Assembly (NCBI GenBank): GCA_964016885.1
Contig: OZ024764.1
Location: 14,632,001-14,696,000, forward strand
Direction of reading: 5' to 3'
Origin: Eledone cirrhosa
Taxonomy: Eukaryota
DNA length: 64,000 bases
In this document: positions 40,201 to 48,572 of the stretch, piece by piece
Numbering within the stretch: position 1 is the stretch's first letter
How the letters are laid out: each line of letters opens with the position of its first letter
The notes under the pieces: model-generated
Seen by the model: the letters and a program-made list of their open reading frames with translations, nothing else
Databases searched by the model: none
What the model was told of the DNA's origin: nothing
Position numbers and translations under genes: made by a program

Positions 40201-40292
40201 TCTTGTCTGCCTTTATAATGTCAATGGCATTTGAGGCCCCAATGCTGGGACTGGAGAAGGTCTTACTTCAGAAACTAAAAATTAGGAAATAA
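3996..40292 (+). CDS. nrf-6: Nose resistant to fluoxetine protein 6-like / O-acyltransferase-like (NRF domain + Acyl_transf_3), 15 coding exons, ~794-808 aa
   Basis: Exons joined by hand: 3996-4572, 11340-11521, 14286-14376, 18818-18914, 21149-21333 (or 21291), 25188-25355, 26435-26528, 28613-28705, 30820-30991, 32055-32134, 33210-33323, 34825-34942, 38982-39168, 39370-39512, 40167-40292. All junctions are GT-AG with matching phases and no in-frame stop. Family motifs: [119 protein letters not shown]. The symbol is family-level; orthology is untested. Confidence 0.93.
4603..9935. repeat. CA-rich minisatellite in intron 1 (~30-bp unit CACCACCAACACYACACCACCACTGTCTTA with length variants)
   Basis: Starts ~30 nt after the exon 1 donor and degenerates after ~9400. 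Confidence 0.95.
9960..10456 (+). repeat. 51-bp minisatellite (~10 copies)
   Basis: Unit CTAGGACTACATTATCTAATGTGTCCTGTCTTATATACAGACACAGTGTAT; 17-aa periodicity in the ORF track. Confidence 0.95.
10457..11322. repeat. (CACCT/CACTT)n pentanucleotide satellite abutting the exon 2 acceptor
   Basis: Visible directly. Confidence 0.95.
11340..11521 (+). CDS. nrf-6: NRF-6-like exon 2
   Basis: ttttccAG|TG GTA GAC; (M)[28 protein letters not shown]...QYCSL..AQM|GTAAGA. Confidence 0.93.
11550..12523. repeat. 34-bp minisatellite (~28 near-identical copies)
   Basis: Unit GGGTGAGGGGTGACATTTTTCATATATATTTTTA. Confidence 0.95.
12893..12957 (+). ncRNA. Type I hammerhead ribozyme motif (minimal stem III)
   Basis: Stem I TATTTTAT/ATGAAATA; core CTGATGA 12901-12907; stem II AAGCACACCA/TGGTGTCCTT (9 of 10 pairs); GAAA 12938-12941; stem III ATA-TG-TAT; AUA cleavage triplet ending at 12949. 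Confidence 0.7.
13374..13839. repeat. 177-bp inverted repeat (13374-13550 / 13663-13839, 112-bp spacer), likely a Penelope-like inverted pseudo-LTR
   Basis: The arms read as reverse complements by eye, and each contains a hammerhead motif. Confidence 0.85.
13673..13751 (+). ncRNA. Type I hammerhead ribozyme motif (antisense twin at 13462-13540)
   Basis: CTGATGA 13677-13683; stem II GCTTTG/CAAAGC with inner hairpin TCATAAATCC-ATC-GGATTTATGA; GAAA 13734-13737; palindromic stem III ACTGATCAGT; GUA ending at 13747; stem I TTCT/AGGG. Confidence 0.75.
13953..14160. mobile_element. Penelope-like/retrozyme fragment forming a palindrome of two hammerhead 3' halves (another half at ~13062-13125)
   Basis: 14030-14092 and 14098-14160 are inverted copies: CCAGAATTAGCCGTC-GAAAC-GGCTTGAGCTCAGYC-GTC-GGGGTCC. 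Confidence 0.6.
14286..14376 (+). CDS. nrf-6: NRF-6-like exon 3
   Basis: ttttctcAG|[31 protein letters not shown]|GTAAGT. Confidence 0.92.
14430..15435 (+). mobile_element. RTE-clade LINE ORF2 C-terminal fragments (14430-14660 and 15180-15435); related fragments at 36690-36970 (-) and 37240-37425 (+)
   Basis: [13 protein letters not shown]...[15 protein letters not shown]...WE..GRGR and [11 protein letters not shown] motifs. Confidence 0.75.
14828..14917 (+). ncRNA. Degenerate hammerhead motif (core mutated to TTGATAA)
   Basis: Stem I TCCTC/GAGGA; stem II GT(C)GGCA..TGCCAC; GAAAC-TACGTA-GTC. Confidence 0.5.
15468..16325 (+). mobile_element. 5'-truncated RTE (BovB-like) LINE ORF2 end plus 3' tail / associated SINE tail ending in (GAT)n
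   Basis: [63 protein letters not shown]. Confidence 0.9.
16704..16762 (-). ncRNA. Type I hammerhead ribozyme motif
   Basis: Minus strand: AAGGAGCTTC-CTGAAGA-TTTCATCTGAAT-GAAACAG-TACTAGTC-CTGTA-GAAGCTCCTT. Perfect 10-bp stem I and GUA triplet; weak stem II with a mismatched closing pair. Confidence 0.7.
16900..17009 (+). ncRNA. Type I hammerhead ribozyme motif with long stem II
   Basis: GCT-CTGAGGA (16903-16909)-TACAGTGGTCACAGC...GCTGTATAACCACCGTG-GAAACATCTGTA-AGC; stem I only 3 bp, directly after a (TA)n tract. Confidence 0.6.
17140..17440 (-). mobile_element. RTE-tail/SINE fragment with (CAT)n end
   Basis: Reverse complement of the TGGTGTTAGGAAGGGCATCCARCTGTAGAAA tail family seen at 12547-12655 and 16160-16325. 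Confidence 0.6.
17862..18712 (+). mobile_element. RTE LINE ORF2 end containing an internal 80-bp segment amplified ~7 times (17925-18480)
   Basis: ...[45 protein letters not shown]..; 80-bp period visible. Confidence 0.88.
18818..18914 (+). CDS. nrf-6: NRF-6-like exon 4 (not in ORF track)
   Basis: ttttcAG|(G)[33 protein letters not shown]|GTAAGT. Phases 1->2 fit exons 3 and 5. Confidence 0.85.
19581..20403 (+). mobile_element. tRNA-derived SINE with CORE-like central domain, followed by ~13 tandem 49-50-bp copies of its tail segment; second copy at 35389-35755
   Basis: A box GTGGCTCAGTGG, B box GAGTTCAATTC; CCTTGAGCAAGACACTT...CTCAGCTGTAGAAATG resembles the CORE domain; unit AAAGTGGTCGTGGAGGTGCCACGGCAAAAAAGCACCCAGCACTCACTGT. 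Confidence 0.75.
20540..21115 (+). mobile_element. Tandem copies of a second tRNA-derived SINE; other copies at 23686-23830, 27871-28070, 28077-28270, 28326-28511(-), 38373-38562(-), 38575-38795(-), 57819-57990, 58265-58348
   Basis: TGGCAGTATCGGTAGAG...GAGTTCAAATCCCGCCGAGGTTAACTTTGCCTTTCATCCTTACGGGGTCGATAAAATAAAGTACCAG...GGCCTTGTGCCAAAAGTAGAAACAATTATT. Confidence 0.85.
21149..21333 (+). CDS. nrf-6: NRF-6-like exon 5 (first TM helix, SATLYD motif); donor ambiguous, 21291 or 21333
   Basis: ttttcAG|(I)[21 protein letters not shown]...; two phase-1 donors, A|GTAAGC and A|GTAATT. Confidence 0.85.
21404..23655 (-). repeat. 51-bp minisatellite (~44 copies), reverse complement of the 9960-10456 array
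   Basis: Unit ACATTAGATAATGTAGTCCTAGATACACTGTGTCTGTATATAAGACAGGAC. Confidence 0.95.
23830..25140. repeat. 54/55-bp AT-rich minisatellite
   Basis: Unit CCATTGATTTCGCCATTAATTTACCATTATTTACAATTGTTTACAATTAATTTTA. Confidence 0.95.
25188..25355 (+). CDS. nrf-6: NRF-6-like exon 6
   Basis: tttccAG|(S)[56 protein letters not shown]|GTAAGT. Confidence 0.95.
25448..26383. repeat. (GGT/GAT)n microsatellite filling intron 6
   Basis: Visible directly. Confidence 0.95.
26435..26528 (+). CDS. nrf-6: NRF-6-like exon 7
   Basis: ccgcAG|(R)[32 protein letters not shown]|GTAGCG. Confidence 0.94.
26610..26960. repeat. Polypyrimidine (CT-rich) low-complexity tract
   Basis: Visible directly. Confidence 0.85.
27015..27815. 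repeat. 15-bp CpG-rich minisatellite CACGACGTGACCTCA
   Basis: Visible directly; 5-aa period in the ORF track. Confidence 0.95.
28613..28705 (+). CDS. nrf-6: NRF-6-like exon 8
   Basis: ttacAG|(S)[32 protein letters not shown]|GTTAGT. Confidence 0.94.
28990..30770 (+). mobile_element. Nested L1/Tx1-like 3'-end remnants with a 10-bp-based (CCTGTACY) tandem expansion (29055-29885)
   Basis: GAATGGCCCGAGTGAATGGGCC (30321, 30473) matches the ORF2 end at 49681; CCTGTGGTTAATAAAGAA-like termini at ~29910, ~30160 and ~30750. Confidence 0.65.
30820..30991 (+). CDS. nrf-6: NRF-6-like exon 9
   Basis: ggcAG|(R)[26 protein letters not shown]...[23 protein letters not shown]|GTGAGT. Confidence 0.94.
31014..31950. 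repeat. (CAT/AGT/AGC/CAC)n compound trinucleotide repeat filling intron 9
   Basis: Visible directly. Confidence 0.95.
32055..32134 (+). CDS. nrf-6: NRF-6-like exon 10
   Basis: ttgcAG|[28 protein letters not shown]|GTAACT. Confidence 0.95.
32410..33140 (+). mobile_element. Decayed RTE (Expander/Rex3-type) LINE RT fragment; antisense remnants with local duplications at ~37490-38300
   Basis: Degenerate FADx[56 protein letters not shown]. Confidence 0.7.
33210..33323 (+). CDS. nrf-6: NRF-6-like exon 11
   Basis: tttcAG|(W)[39 protein letters not shown]|GTAAGT. Confidence 0.92.
33550..34040. repeat. 30-bp minisatellite CCATTAATTATAACAGTTAAGTGTGCACAY
   Basis: Visible directly. Confidence 0.9.
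34105..34775. repeat. 65-bp minisatellite (~10 copies)
   Basis: ATACCCACATAAATGTACCYACCCTAATATAYCCACACCTCAAACTTATATGTACCCATCCTAGT. Confidence 0.9.
34825..34942 (+). CDS. nrf-6: NRF-6-like exon 12
   Basis: ttacAG|(Q)[39 protein letters not shown]|GTAAGC. Confidence 0.94.
38982..39168 (+). CDS. nrf-6: NRF-6-like exon 13
   Basis: ttttcAG|[22 protein letters not shown]...[22 protein letters not shown]|GTAAGG. Confidence 0.94.
39370..39512 (+). CDS. nrf-6: NRF-6-like exon 14
   Basis: ttgcAG|(G)[47 protein letters not shown]|GTAAGT. Confidence 0.95.
39615..39935. repeat. ~28-bp minisatellite CTGAGGAAGGAAGGGGTGATTATGTCTA
   Basis: Visible directly in intron 14. Confidence 0.85.
40167..40292 (+). 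CDS. nrf-6: NRF-6-like exon 15 (terminal)
   Basis: tttcAG|[41 protein letters not shown]. Confidence 0.94.
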   Translation: MFIFLGCFVATFLSAFIMSMAFEAPMLGLEKVLLQKLKIRK

Positions 40293-40499
40293 AACAGACA
40301 CAACCAGTCTTCTCGCTTGTCTTCACCGCCATCATCATCACCAGCCTTTCTTCTTCTCGTCGCATAACATATGCACAATGGCTTGCATAAGAGAAACCCT
40401 ATAGTTTCTGTTGATTACTGACACGGGTGGGAGGGGGATGTTATATATAGGGGTTTATTGGATATATGGACCATTATACACACTGGGAAATTTGTTATT

Positions 40500-40505
40500 A
40501 ATAAA
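40500..40505 (+). terminator. Candidate polyadenylation signal of the NRF-6-like gene
   Basis: AATAAA ~210 nt after the stop, followed by GT-rich sequence. Confidence 0.45.
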
Positions 40506-40559
40506 TGTATATGTTTTGCATGAGAGAAACCCTATAGTTTCTGTTGATTATTGGATATA

Positions 40560-42390
40560 TCTTGTTGTTGTATGATAGCTGTACAATAGTTAGAGAGACA
40601 GATGGAGACTGGTGAGCCTGGCTAAGGTGTCATTTGTAGTAGTATGGATTGCTTCATGGCTGCCAGGGAAGCTTCTGAGGGGGAGGGGACAATCCTGAAC
40701 AACATGGAGTACTGTCTTGTCAGGGTCCCCACAGTGACATGCTGGGCTGTCCTGGCATGTATTGTGCAGGGAAACATCTGAGGGGGAGGGGACAATCCTG
40801 AACAACATGGGGTACTGTCTTGTCAGGGTCCCCACAGTGACATGCTGGGCTGTCCTGGCATGTATTGTGCAGGGAAATATCTGAAGGGGAGGGGGACAAT
40901 CCTGAACAACATGGAGTACTGTCTTGTCAGGGTCCCCACAGTGACATGCTGGGCTGTCCTAGCATGTATTGTGCAGGGAAACATCTGAAGGGGAGGGGAC
41001 AATACTGAACAACATGGAGTACTGTCTTGTCAGGGTCCCCACAGTGACATGCTGGGCTGTCCTAGCATGTATTGTGCAGGGAAACATCTGAAGGGGAGGG
41101 GACAATCCTGAACAACATGGAGTACTGTCTTGTCAGGGTCCCCACAGTGACATGCTGGGCTGTCCTAGCATGTATTGTGCAGGGAAACATCTGAAGGGGA
41201 GGGGACAATCCTGAACAACATGGGGTACTGTCTTGTCAGGGTCCCCACAGTGACATGCTGGGTTGTCCTGGCATGTATTGTGCAGGGAAATATCTGAAGG
41301 GGAGGGGGACAATCCTGAACAACATGGAGTACTGTCTTGTCAGGGTCCCCACAGTGACATGCTGGGCTGTCCTAGCATGTATTGTGCAGGGAAACATCTG
41401 AAGGGGAGGGGACAATCCTGAACAACATGGAGTACTGTCTTGTCAGGGTCCCCACAGTGACATGCTGGGCTGTCCTAGCATGTATTGTGCAGGGAAACAT
41501 CTGAGGGGGAGGGGGACAATCCTGAACAACATGGGGTACTGTCTTGTCAGGGTCCCCACAGTGACATTTTGGGCTGTCCTAGCATGTATTGTGCAGGGAA
41601 ACATCTGAGGGGGAGGGGGACAATCCTGAACAACATGGGGTACTGTCTTGTCAGGGTCCCCACAGTGACATTTTGGGCTGTCCTAGCATGTATTGTGCAG
41701 GGAAACATCTGAGGGGGAGGGGGACAATCCTGAACAACATGGAGTACTGTCTTGTCAGGGTCCCCACAGTGACATGCTGGGCTGTCCTAGCATGTATTGT
41801 GCAGGGAAACATCTGAGGGGGAGGGGGACAATCCTGAACAACATGGAGTACTGTCTTGTCAGGGTCCCCCCAGTGACATGTTGGGCTGTCCTAGCATGTA
41901 TTGTGCAGGGAAACATCTGAGGGGGAGGGGGACAATCCTGAACAACATGGAGTACTGTCTTGCCAGGGTCCCCACAGTGACATGCTGGGCTGTCCTGGCA
42001 TGTATTGTGCAGAGAAACATCTGAAGGGGAGGGGACAATCCTGAACAACATGGAGGACTGTCTTGTCAGGGTCCCCACAGTCATATGCTGGGCTGTCCTA
42101 GCATGTATTGTGCAGGGAAACATCTGAAGGGGAGGGGGACAATCCTGAACAACATGGGGTACTGTCTTGTCAGGGTCCCCACAGTGACATGCTGGGCTGT
42201 CTTTCATTTCCATCGATGGAGATGGTGGGCTATCCTGGCATGTGTTGCGTGCATACGATAAGGGACACCCATAGCTCTCTGGGAAGGTCAAAGCCAGCTG
42301 GATGAGATGTGGGGTCCTGGATGAGGTCTTGGTTGGCAAATTTGGACTCATTCCATGATCTTCGCAACTCTTCCTTCAAATCATCATCCT
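40560..42390 (-). mobile_element. Vingi/Ingi-like LINE 3' end whose zinc-knuckle segment is amplified as a 103/104-bp tandem array (~40675-42200)
   Basis: Minus strand PAGFDLPRELWVSL...SPACHCGDPDKTVLHVVQDCP..RSFPGSHEAIHTTTNDTLARLTSLHLSL*, then CATACAACAACAAG. Clade assigned from remembered motif similarity. Confidence 0.65.
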
Positions 42391-42422
42391 TATTACTAAT
42401 GTATTATCACTTAACCCTTTAC

Positions 42423-44388
42423 CATTTACATTACTCTATATATACTATTGTATTTTCACAGTAAAAGCTTTACCTCACATAATATCTCACATAACATTTA
42501 CATTACTCTATATATACTATTGTATTGTCACAGTAAAAGCTTTACCTCACATAATATCTCACATAACATTTACATTACTCTATATATACTATTGTATTGT
42601 CACAGTAAAAGCTTTACCTCACATAATATCTCACATAACATTTACATTACTCTATATATACTATTGTATTGTCACAGTAAAGGCTTTACCTCACATAATA
42701 TCTCACATATCATTTACATTACTCTATATATACTATTGTATTTTCACAGTAAAGGCTTTACCTCACATAATATCTCACATAACATTTACATTACTCTATA
42801 TATACTATTGTATTTTCACAGTAAAGGCTTTACCTCACATAATACCTCACATAACATTTACATTACTCTATATATACTATTGTATTGTCACAGTAAAGGC
42901 TTTACCTCACATAATATCTCACATAACATTTACATTATTCTATATATACTATTGTATTGTCACAGTAAAGGCTTTACCTCACATAATATCCCACATAACA
43001 TTTACATTACTCTATATATACTATTGTATTGTCACAGTAAAGGCTTTACCTCACATAATATCCCACATAACATTTACATTACTCTATATATACTATTGTA
43101 TTGTCACAGTAAAAGCTTTACCTCACATAATATCTCACATAACATTTACATTACTCTATATATACTATTGTATTGTCACAGTAAAGGCTTTACCTCACAT
43201 AATATCTCACATAACATTTACATTACTCTATATATACTATTGTATTTTCACAGTAAAGGCTTTACCTCACATAATATCTCACATAACATTTACATTATTC
43301 TATATATACTATTGTATTGTCACAGTAAAGGCTTTACCTCACATAATATCCCACATAACATTTACATTACTCTATATATACTATTGTATTGTCACAGTAA
43401 AGGCTTTACCTCACATAATATCCCACATAACATTTACATTACTCTATATATACTATTGTATTGTCACAGTAAAAGCTTTACCTCACATAATATCTCACAT
43501 AACATTTACATTACTCTATATATACTATTGTATTGTCACAGTAAAGGCTTTACCTCACATAATATCTCACATAACATTTACATTACTCTATATATACTAT
43601 TGTATTTTCACAGTAAAGGCTTTACCTCACATAATACCTCACATAACATTTACATTACTCTATATATACTATTGTATTTTCACAGTAAAGGCTTTACCTC
43701 ACATAATACCTCACATAACATTTACATTACTCTATATATACTATTGTATTTTCACAGTAAAGGCTTTACCTCACATAATATCTCACATAACATTTACATT
43801 ACTCTATATATACTATTGTATTTTCACAGTAAAGGCTTTACCTCACATAATACCTCACATAACATTTACATTACTCTATATATACTATTGTATTTTCACA
43901 GTAAAGGCTTTACCTCACATAATATCTCACATAACATTTACTTTACTCTATATATACTATTGTATTGCCACAGTAAAGACTTTACCTCACATAATATCTC
44001 ACATAACATTTACATTACTCTATATATACTATTGTATTTTCACAATAAAGACTTTACCTCACATAATATCTCCCATAACATTTACATTACTCTATATATA
44101 CTATTGTATTTTCACAGTAAAGGCTTTACCTCACATAATATCTCACATAACATTTACATTACTCTATATATACTATTGTATTTTCACAGTAAAGGCTTTA
44201 CCTCACATAATATCTCCCATAACATTTACATTACTCTATATAAACTATTATATTTTCACAGTAAAGGCTTTACCTCACATAATATCTCACATAACATTTA
44301 CATTACTCTATATATACTATTGTATTTTCACAGTAAAGGCTTTACCTCACATAATATCTCCCATAACATTTACATTACTCTATATATA
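42423..44388. repeat. 72-bp minisatellite (~27 copies)
   Basis: 24-aa period (HNIYITLYILLYCHSKGFTSHNIS) in the ORF track; DNA unit visible. Confidence 0.95.
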
Positions 44389-44521
44389 TTTATATGTATG
44401 TATATATTTATTGATATTTATATATGTATATATATATGTATGCATATATTTATTGATATATATATATATGTATGCATATATTTATTGATATATATATATA
44501 TATGTATGTATATATTTATTG

Positions 44522-44559
<38 letters not shown>

Positions 44560-44611
44560 ATGTATATATTTATTGATATATGTATATATATATATGTATG
44601 AATATATTTAT

Positions 44612-44653
<42 letters not shown>

Positions 44654-44676
44654 ATGTATATATATATGTATCTATA

Positions 44677-44790
<114 letters not shown>

Positions 44791-44885
44791 GAAACGTAAA
44801 AACTCCTGGACAATATATACATATCTTTATAAGTTCCTGTGTATTGTGTCCCTGTATAATGAAACATAAATATATACCATGCATG

Positions 44886-45133
44886 TCAGTCAGATTTGAA
44901 CTCACTATATTTGGCGTTTTATAGATATAATTTGTTTGTTAAAAGAATTGATTAAATAATAACTAAATAAAATTAATTCTACAATCCTGGATAGGGAATG
45001 AACTTATAACTTCATAATAGAAGCCATCTATTCGAGCAGTATTGCCATCTAAGCCACCAGGTTACTTACAGAACTTCATTCAAATATAAAGTATAAAATA
45101 TATGCCAGACATAGTGAGTTCGAATCTGACTGA
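44886..45133. mobile_element. MITE-like element with ~30-bp terminal inverted repeats (copy at ~59876-60112)
   Basis: TCAGTCAGATTTGAACTCACTATATTTGGCGT ... ATGCCAGACATAGTGAGTTCGAATCTGACTGA. Confidence 0.55.
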
Positions 45134-46043
45134 TTAGTTGGTCATTGTCCCAGCCAACAGTTTAAATCGCCAACCAGTAGGTGACATCGACTAGGTTGGG
45201 AAAACTTGGTTAAGTAGCTCCAGTTATTGCTACGTTAGACATATTCAAGACTTATCGACACCGAATGGAAGAAAGGTAAAGTTGAACTCAGAGTAAAGAA
45301 CTGGAAAAATACTGCAAAGAATTCTATCGGATGTTCTAACAATTCTACCAAATTACCTTATGTATATATATTTATATCTAGAGATAAGAAGAAAACTGAA
45401 AGAAAGAAAAAAAAAATGAAACCTTATATGTAACCCATGACCAGGATTGAAACCGAAACCAGGACCTCCACCATCTCTGGTATCACCCACCAGACCACGA
45501 CTAAAGATACAAAAATCTGCTCTTTTAATATTTATAAGCCTACTTTCAATATTAAAGTAATTAACATGTGGTGTTGTTCATGCCTTTCTCTATGTTATTG
45601 GTAAAAATAAAGTATTTAAACCTCAAATTTTGTTATTCAAATATGCTTGCTTATGTAATTATAAATGTCGCAGAATACACACACATATATAGATGTGAAA
45701 ATATTCAGGACCCCAACGGCTGTGCTACTGCCGTTTCGACATCTATATATATATCTTTTTATCTTTTCATCTATATATCCTAGGCTCTTTCAGCGCAGAA
45801 AGAATTCTCCAATGATCACAACCAGCTAATGGTGCCCAGTGGAAGCACTTTAGTCTAATTATAACCCCAACGATCACGACGAGCGGCGGCTTTTTCGAGT
45901 CTGAGGTTGACTGCCAGATATATATATATATCTATATATATATATTTTTTTTTATACTTTGCTAGAATGCCGGAGAACAACAGAAAGATGCTGAGTTCAG
46001 AGTTTAAAAAACAACAGAAAGAAGGGCATAAATAAATATATAT

Positions 46044-46373
46044 CAGTGGTTTAAAACCTTCTCTGCACCATGCCCCACCTCGACATTTAAAATATGTTTA
46101 TGTCCCCCCTTTAATATAAAAACAATCCGAGTCTTGTAAAAGTGTTATTACTGTAATATAAAGTAGAAACCCTTTATTTAAACAAAGCTTCGATGCAGCG
46201 ATGATCAAAGCAAACCCCAAAATATAAAACAAACTTCTCGCTGCCAGATACACGATAACATGTGTATACGAAGTGTAACAGGGAGTTGGGTCGTATTATA
46301 TGACTTTCAAATTGACCCCTATTATATTCAAATTATCCCCTGTGGGGCGTGCACCCCACGTTGAGAATCCCTC
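46044..46373 (-). mobile_element. hAT(Charlie)-like MITE, ~330 bp; full copy at 62455-62788 (+), partial copies at 47215-47510, 50070-50258, 60981-61257, 62815-62970
   Basis: Termini CAGGGATTCTCAAC...GTTTGGAACTACTG (62455-62788) and CAGTGGTTTAAAAC...GTTGAGAATCCCTC here. Confidence 0.65.
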
Positions 46374-46680
46374 ATAAATAAATATATGTGAGTGTGTTGC
46401 TATGACTGCTATTTCTAGCAGGTTTACTGCAGTCCTGTAGACGCACACCAAAAACCGGAAGTGGCAGCCATTAAAAAACTTTGGCTTAAAATCAGGCAAA
46501 AGTTTTTTAACAATTTGCCAAGAAAGATAACTCTTGTCTTACTTAATCGCAAAAATCGAGGCAAAAATTTTGCGGGTGTGCAGTTTGTTTGGTGTATTTG
46601 ACTGCTATTTCTAGTATATATGAACACTTTAGAAATAGCAGCGAAACACGGGAAACATCAGAAAGAAGGACACACACATA

Positions 46681-46718
<38 letters not shown>

Positions 46719-47789
46719 TGTATCTGTATATATATATATATATGCACAGATATATATACATTTAAATATATATATTTATATATATACACGCGCGCATACA
46801 CCTGTACGTAGATATGAGTGTGTGTATAGCTGGTGTATATATATATATATATATATATGTGTATGGGGGAGTGTATAGCTGGTATATATATATATATATA
46901 TATATATATAGGTGTGTGTCCTTCTTTCTGCTGTTTTCCGTTTTTCGCTGCTATTTCTAAAGTGTCCATACATGCTAGAAATAGCAGTCAAATACACCAA
47001 ACAAACTGCACACCCGCAAAATTTTTGCCTCGATTTTTGCGATTAAGTAAGACAAGAGTTATCTTTCTTGGCAAATTGTTAAAAAACTTTTGCCTGATTT
47101 TAAGCCAAAGTTTTTTAATGGCTGCCACTTCCGGTTTTTGTTGTGCGTCTACAGGACTGCAGTAAACCTGCTAGAAATAGCAGTCATAGCAACACACTCA
47201 CATATATTTATTTATGAGGGATTCTTAACGTGGGGTGCACGCCCCACAGGGGATAATTTGAATATAATAGGGGTCATATAATACGACCAAGCTTCTAGAT
47301 ACACTTCGTATACACATGTTATTTGAAGTTTGTTTTGATCATCGCTGCATCGCAGCTTTGTTTAAATAAAGGGTTTCTACTTTATATTACAGTAATAAAA
47401 GTTTTACTTCGTCTACACATGTTATCGAGTATCCGGCAGCACCTATGGGCTGTTTGTTTATACTTTGGTGTTTATTTTGATCATCGCCTCATCGCAGGTT
47501 TGTTTAATTAAAGGTTGCGAGGGGGATCACTGATATAAATAAATATATATATATATAGAGAGAGAGAGAACGAAAAGACACACATATATATACATACACG
47601 CAGACATACACCTGTGTGTATGTGTATGTGCGTGTCTTTGGCTGCTCTCTCTATCTCTCTCTCTCTCTCTTTCTCTCTGTGTATATATATACAGACACAC
47701 ACTGTTGTTTCTTGATTTTTAGCTGCTGTTTCTAAAGTGTCTATTAATATATGCTAGAAATAGCAGTCAAGGGAACATTTACGTATATA

Positions 47790-48180
47790 TATGTAAGGAC
47801 AGTGACACCTGCTGCAACAGGCATCCAACCTCGTGGGACTCCATCCTCAGACGGGCCACAGACACTGCGATGTTGCGGAGGAGTTCGGCTGTAATGGGTC
47901 CAAGTTGGCCCGGGGTCTCGACGGCGGCTGGTGCTTAGAAGAGGCTCCAGGACAAACACCGGAATTTGTTTATTTTATGTTCATCTGCGAGACGGGCAGC
48001 GATGCTGGGGTTTGTGGATCTACCTCCTTCGAATGGGAAGAGGGTGATTCCCTCGGGGTGCTTGCCATCTCCGCGGCCTAGGCCTGCTGGCTCCAGTTGA
48101 GATGGAAATTCAGCTGCGTCCAGGCTTCTTCTCACTATGTCGTTGAGAGCATTTATGTGGCTCACACACGCGGAGGCCAA
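47790..48180 (-). mobile_element. CRE-clade non-LTR retrotransposon restriction-like endonuclease fragment; related fragments at 51350-51560, 59190-59430, 63577-63662 (all -)
   Basis: NALNDIVRRSL..PSQLEPAGLGRGDGKHPEGITLFPF..GR; AARLADEHKINKF; AVETPGQLGP; LSLAIARGNAA / VSLALLRGNA. Confidence 0.7.
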
Positions 48181-48572
48181 GGTGTTGGGCTACTCCGATG
48201 CGAGTTCAATCATCATCAAGAATTTATTTGAATTGAAAGGTCACTAAACTAATATAGGAGTATCATTTAAAAATAAGGTAAACAGAAATAGTTACACCGG
48301 TAACATAATTACTGTTACACCGGTAGTTCACTAACAATTCATTTCACGTTCGTCTCTAACAGGTAATGTTTTAATTTGCTCTCCATGTTGGGGAGTAACT
48401 GTAGTTTGGCTTGCTAGGGGCCATACATCTTCATACACACATACTATATATATATATACACGAAGGAAGATAAACAAATATCAGAGGATTTGACAGGCTT
48501 CTTCCACTTGGCACCTGTAGCTACCATGACGTATAAGTATAAATATATATATACATATCTATCTATCTATAT

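Noticed and set aside
42448-44601. 717-aa ORF with 24-aa repeats
   Set aside because: It is a 72-bp minisatellite with no real ATG start, no splice context and no domain signal.
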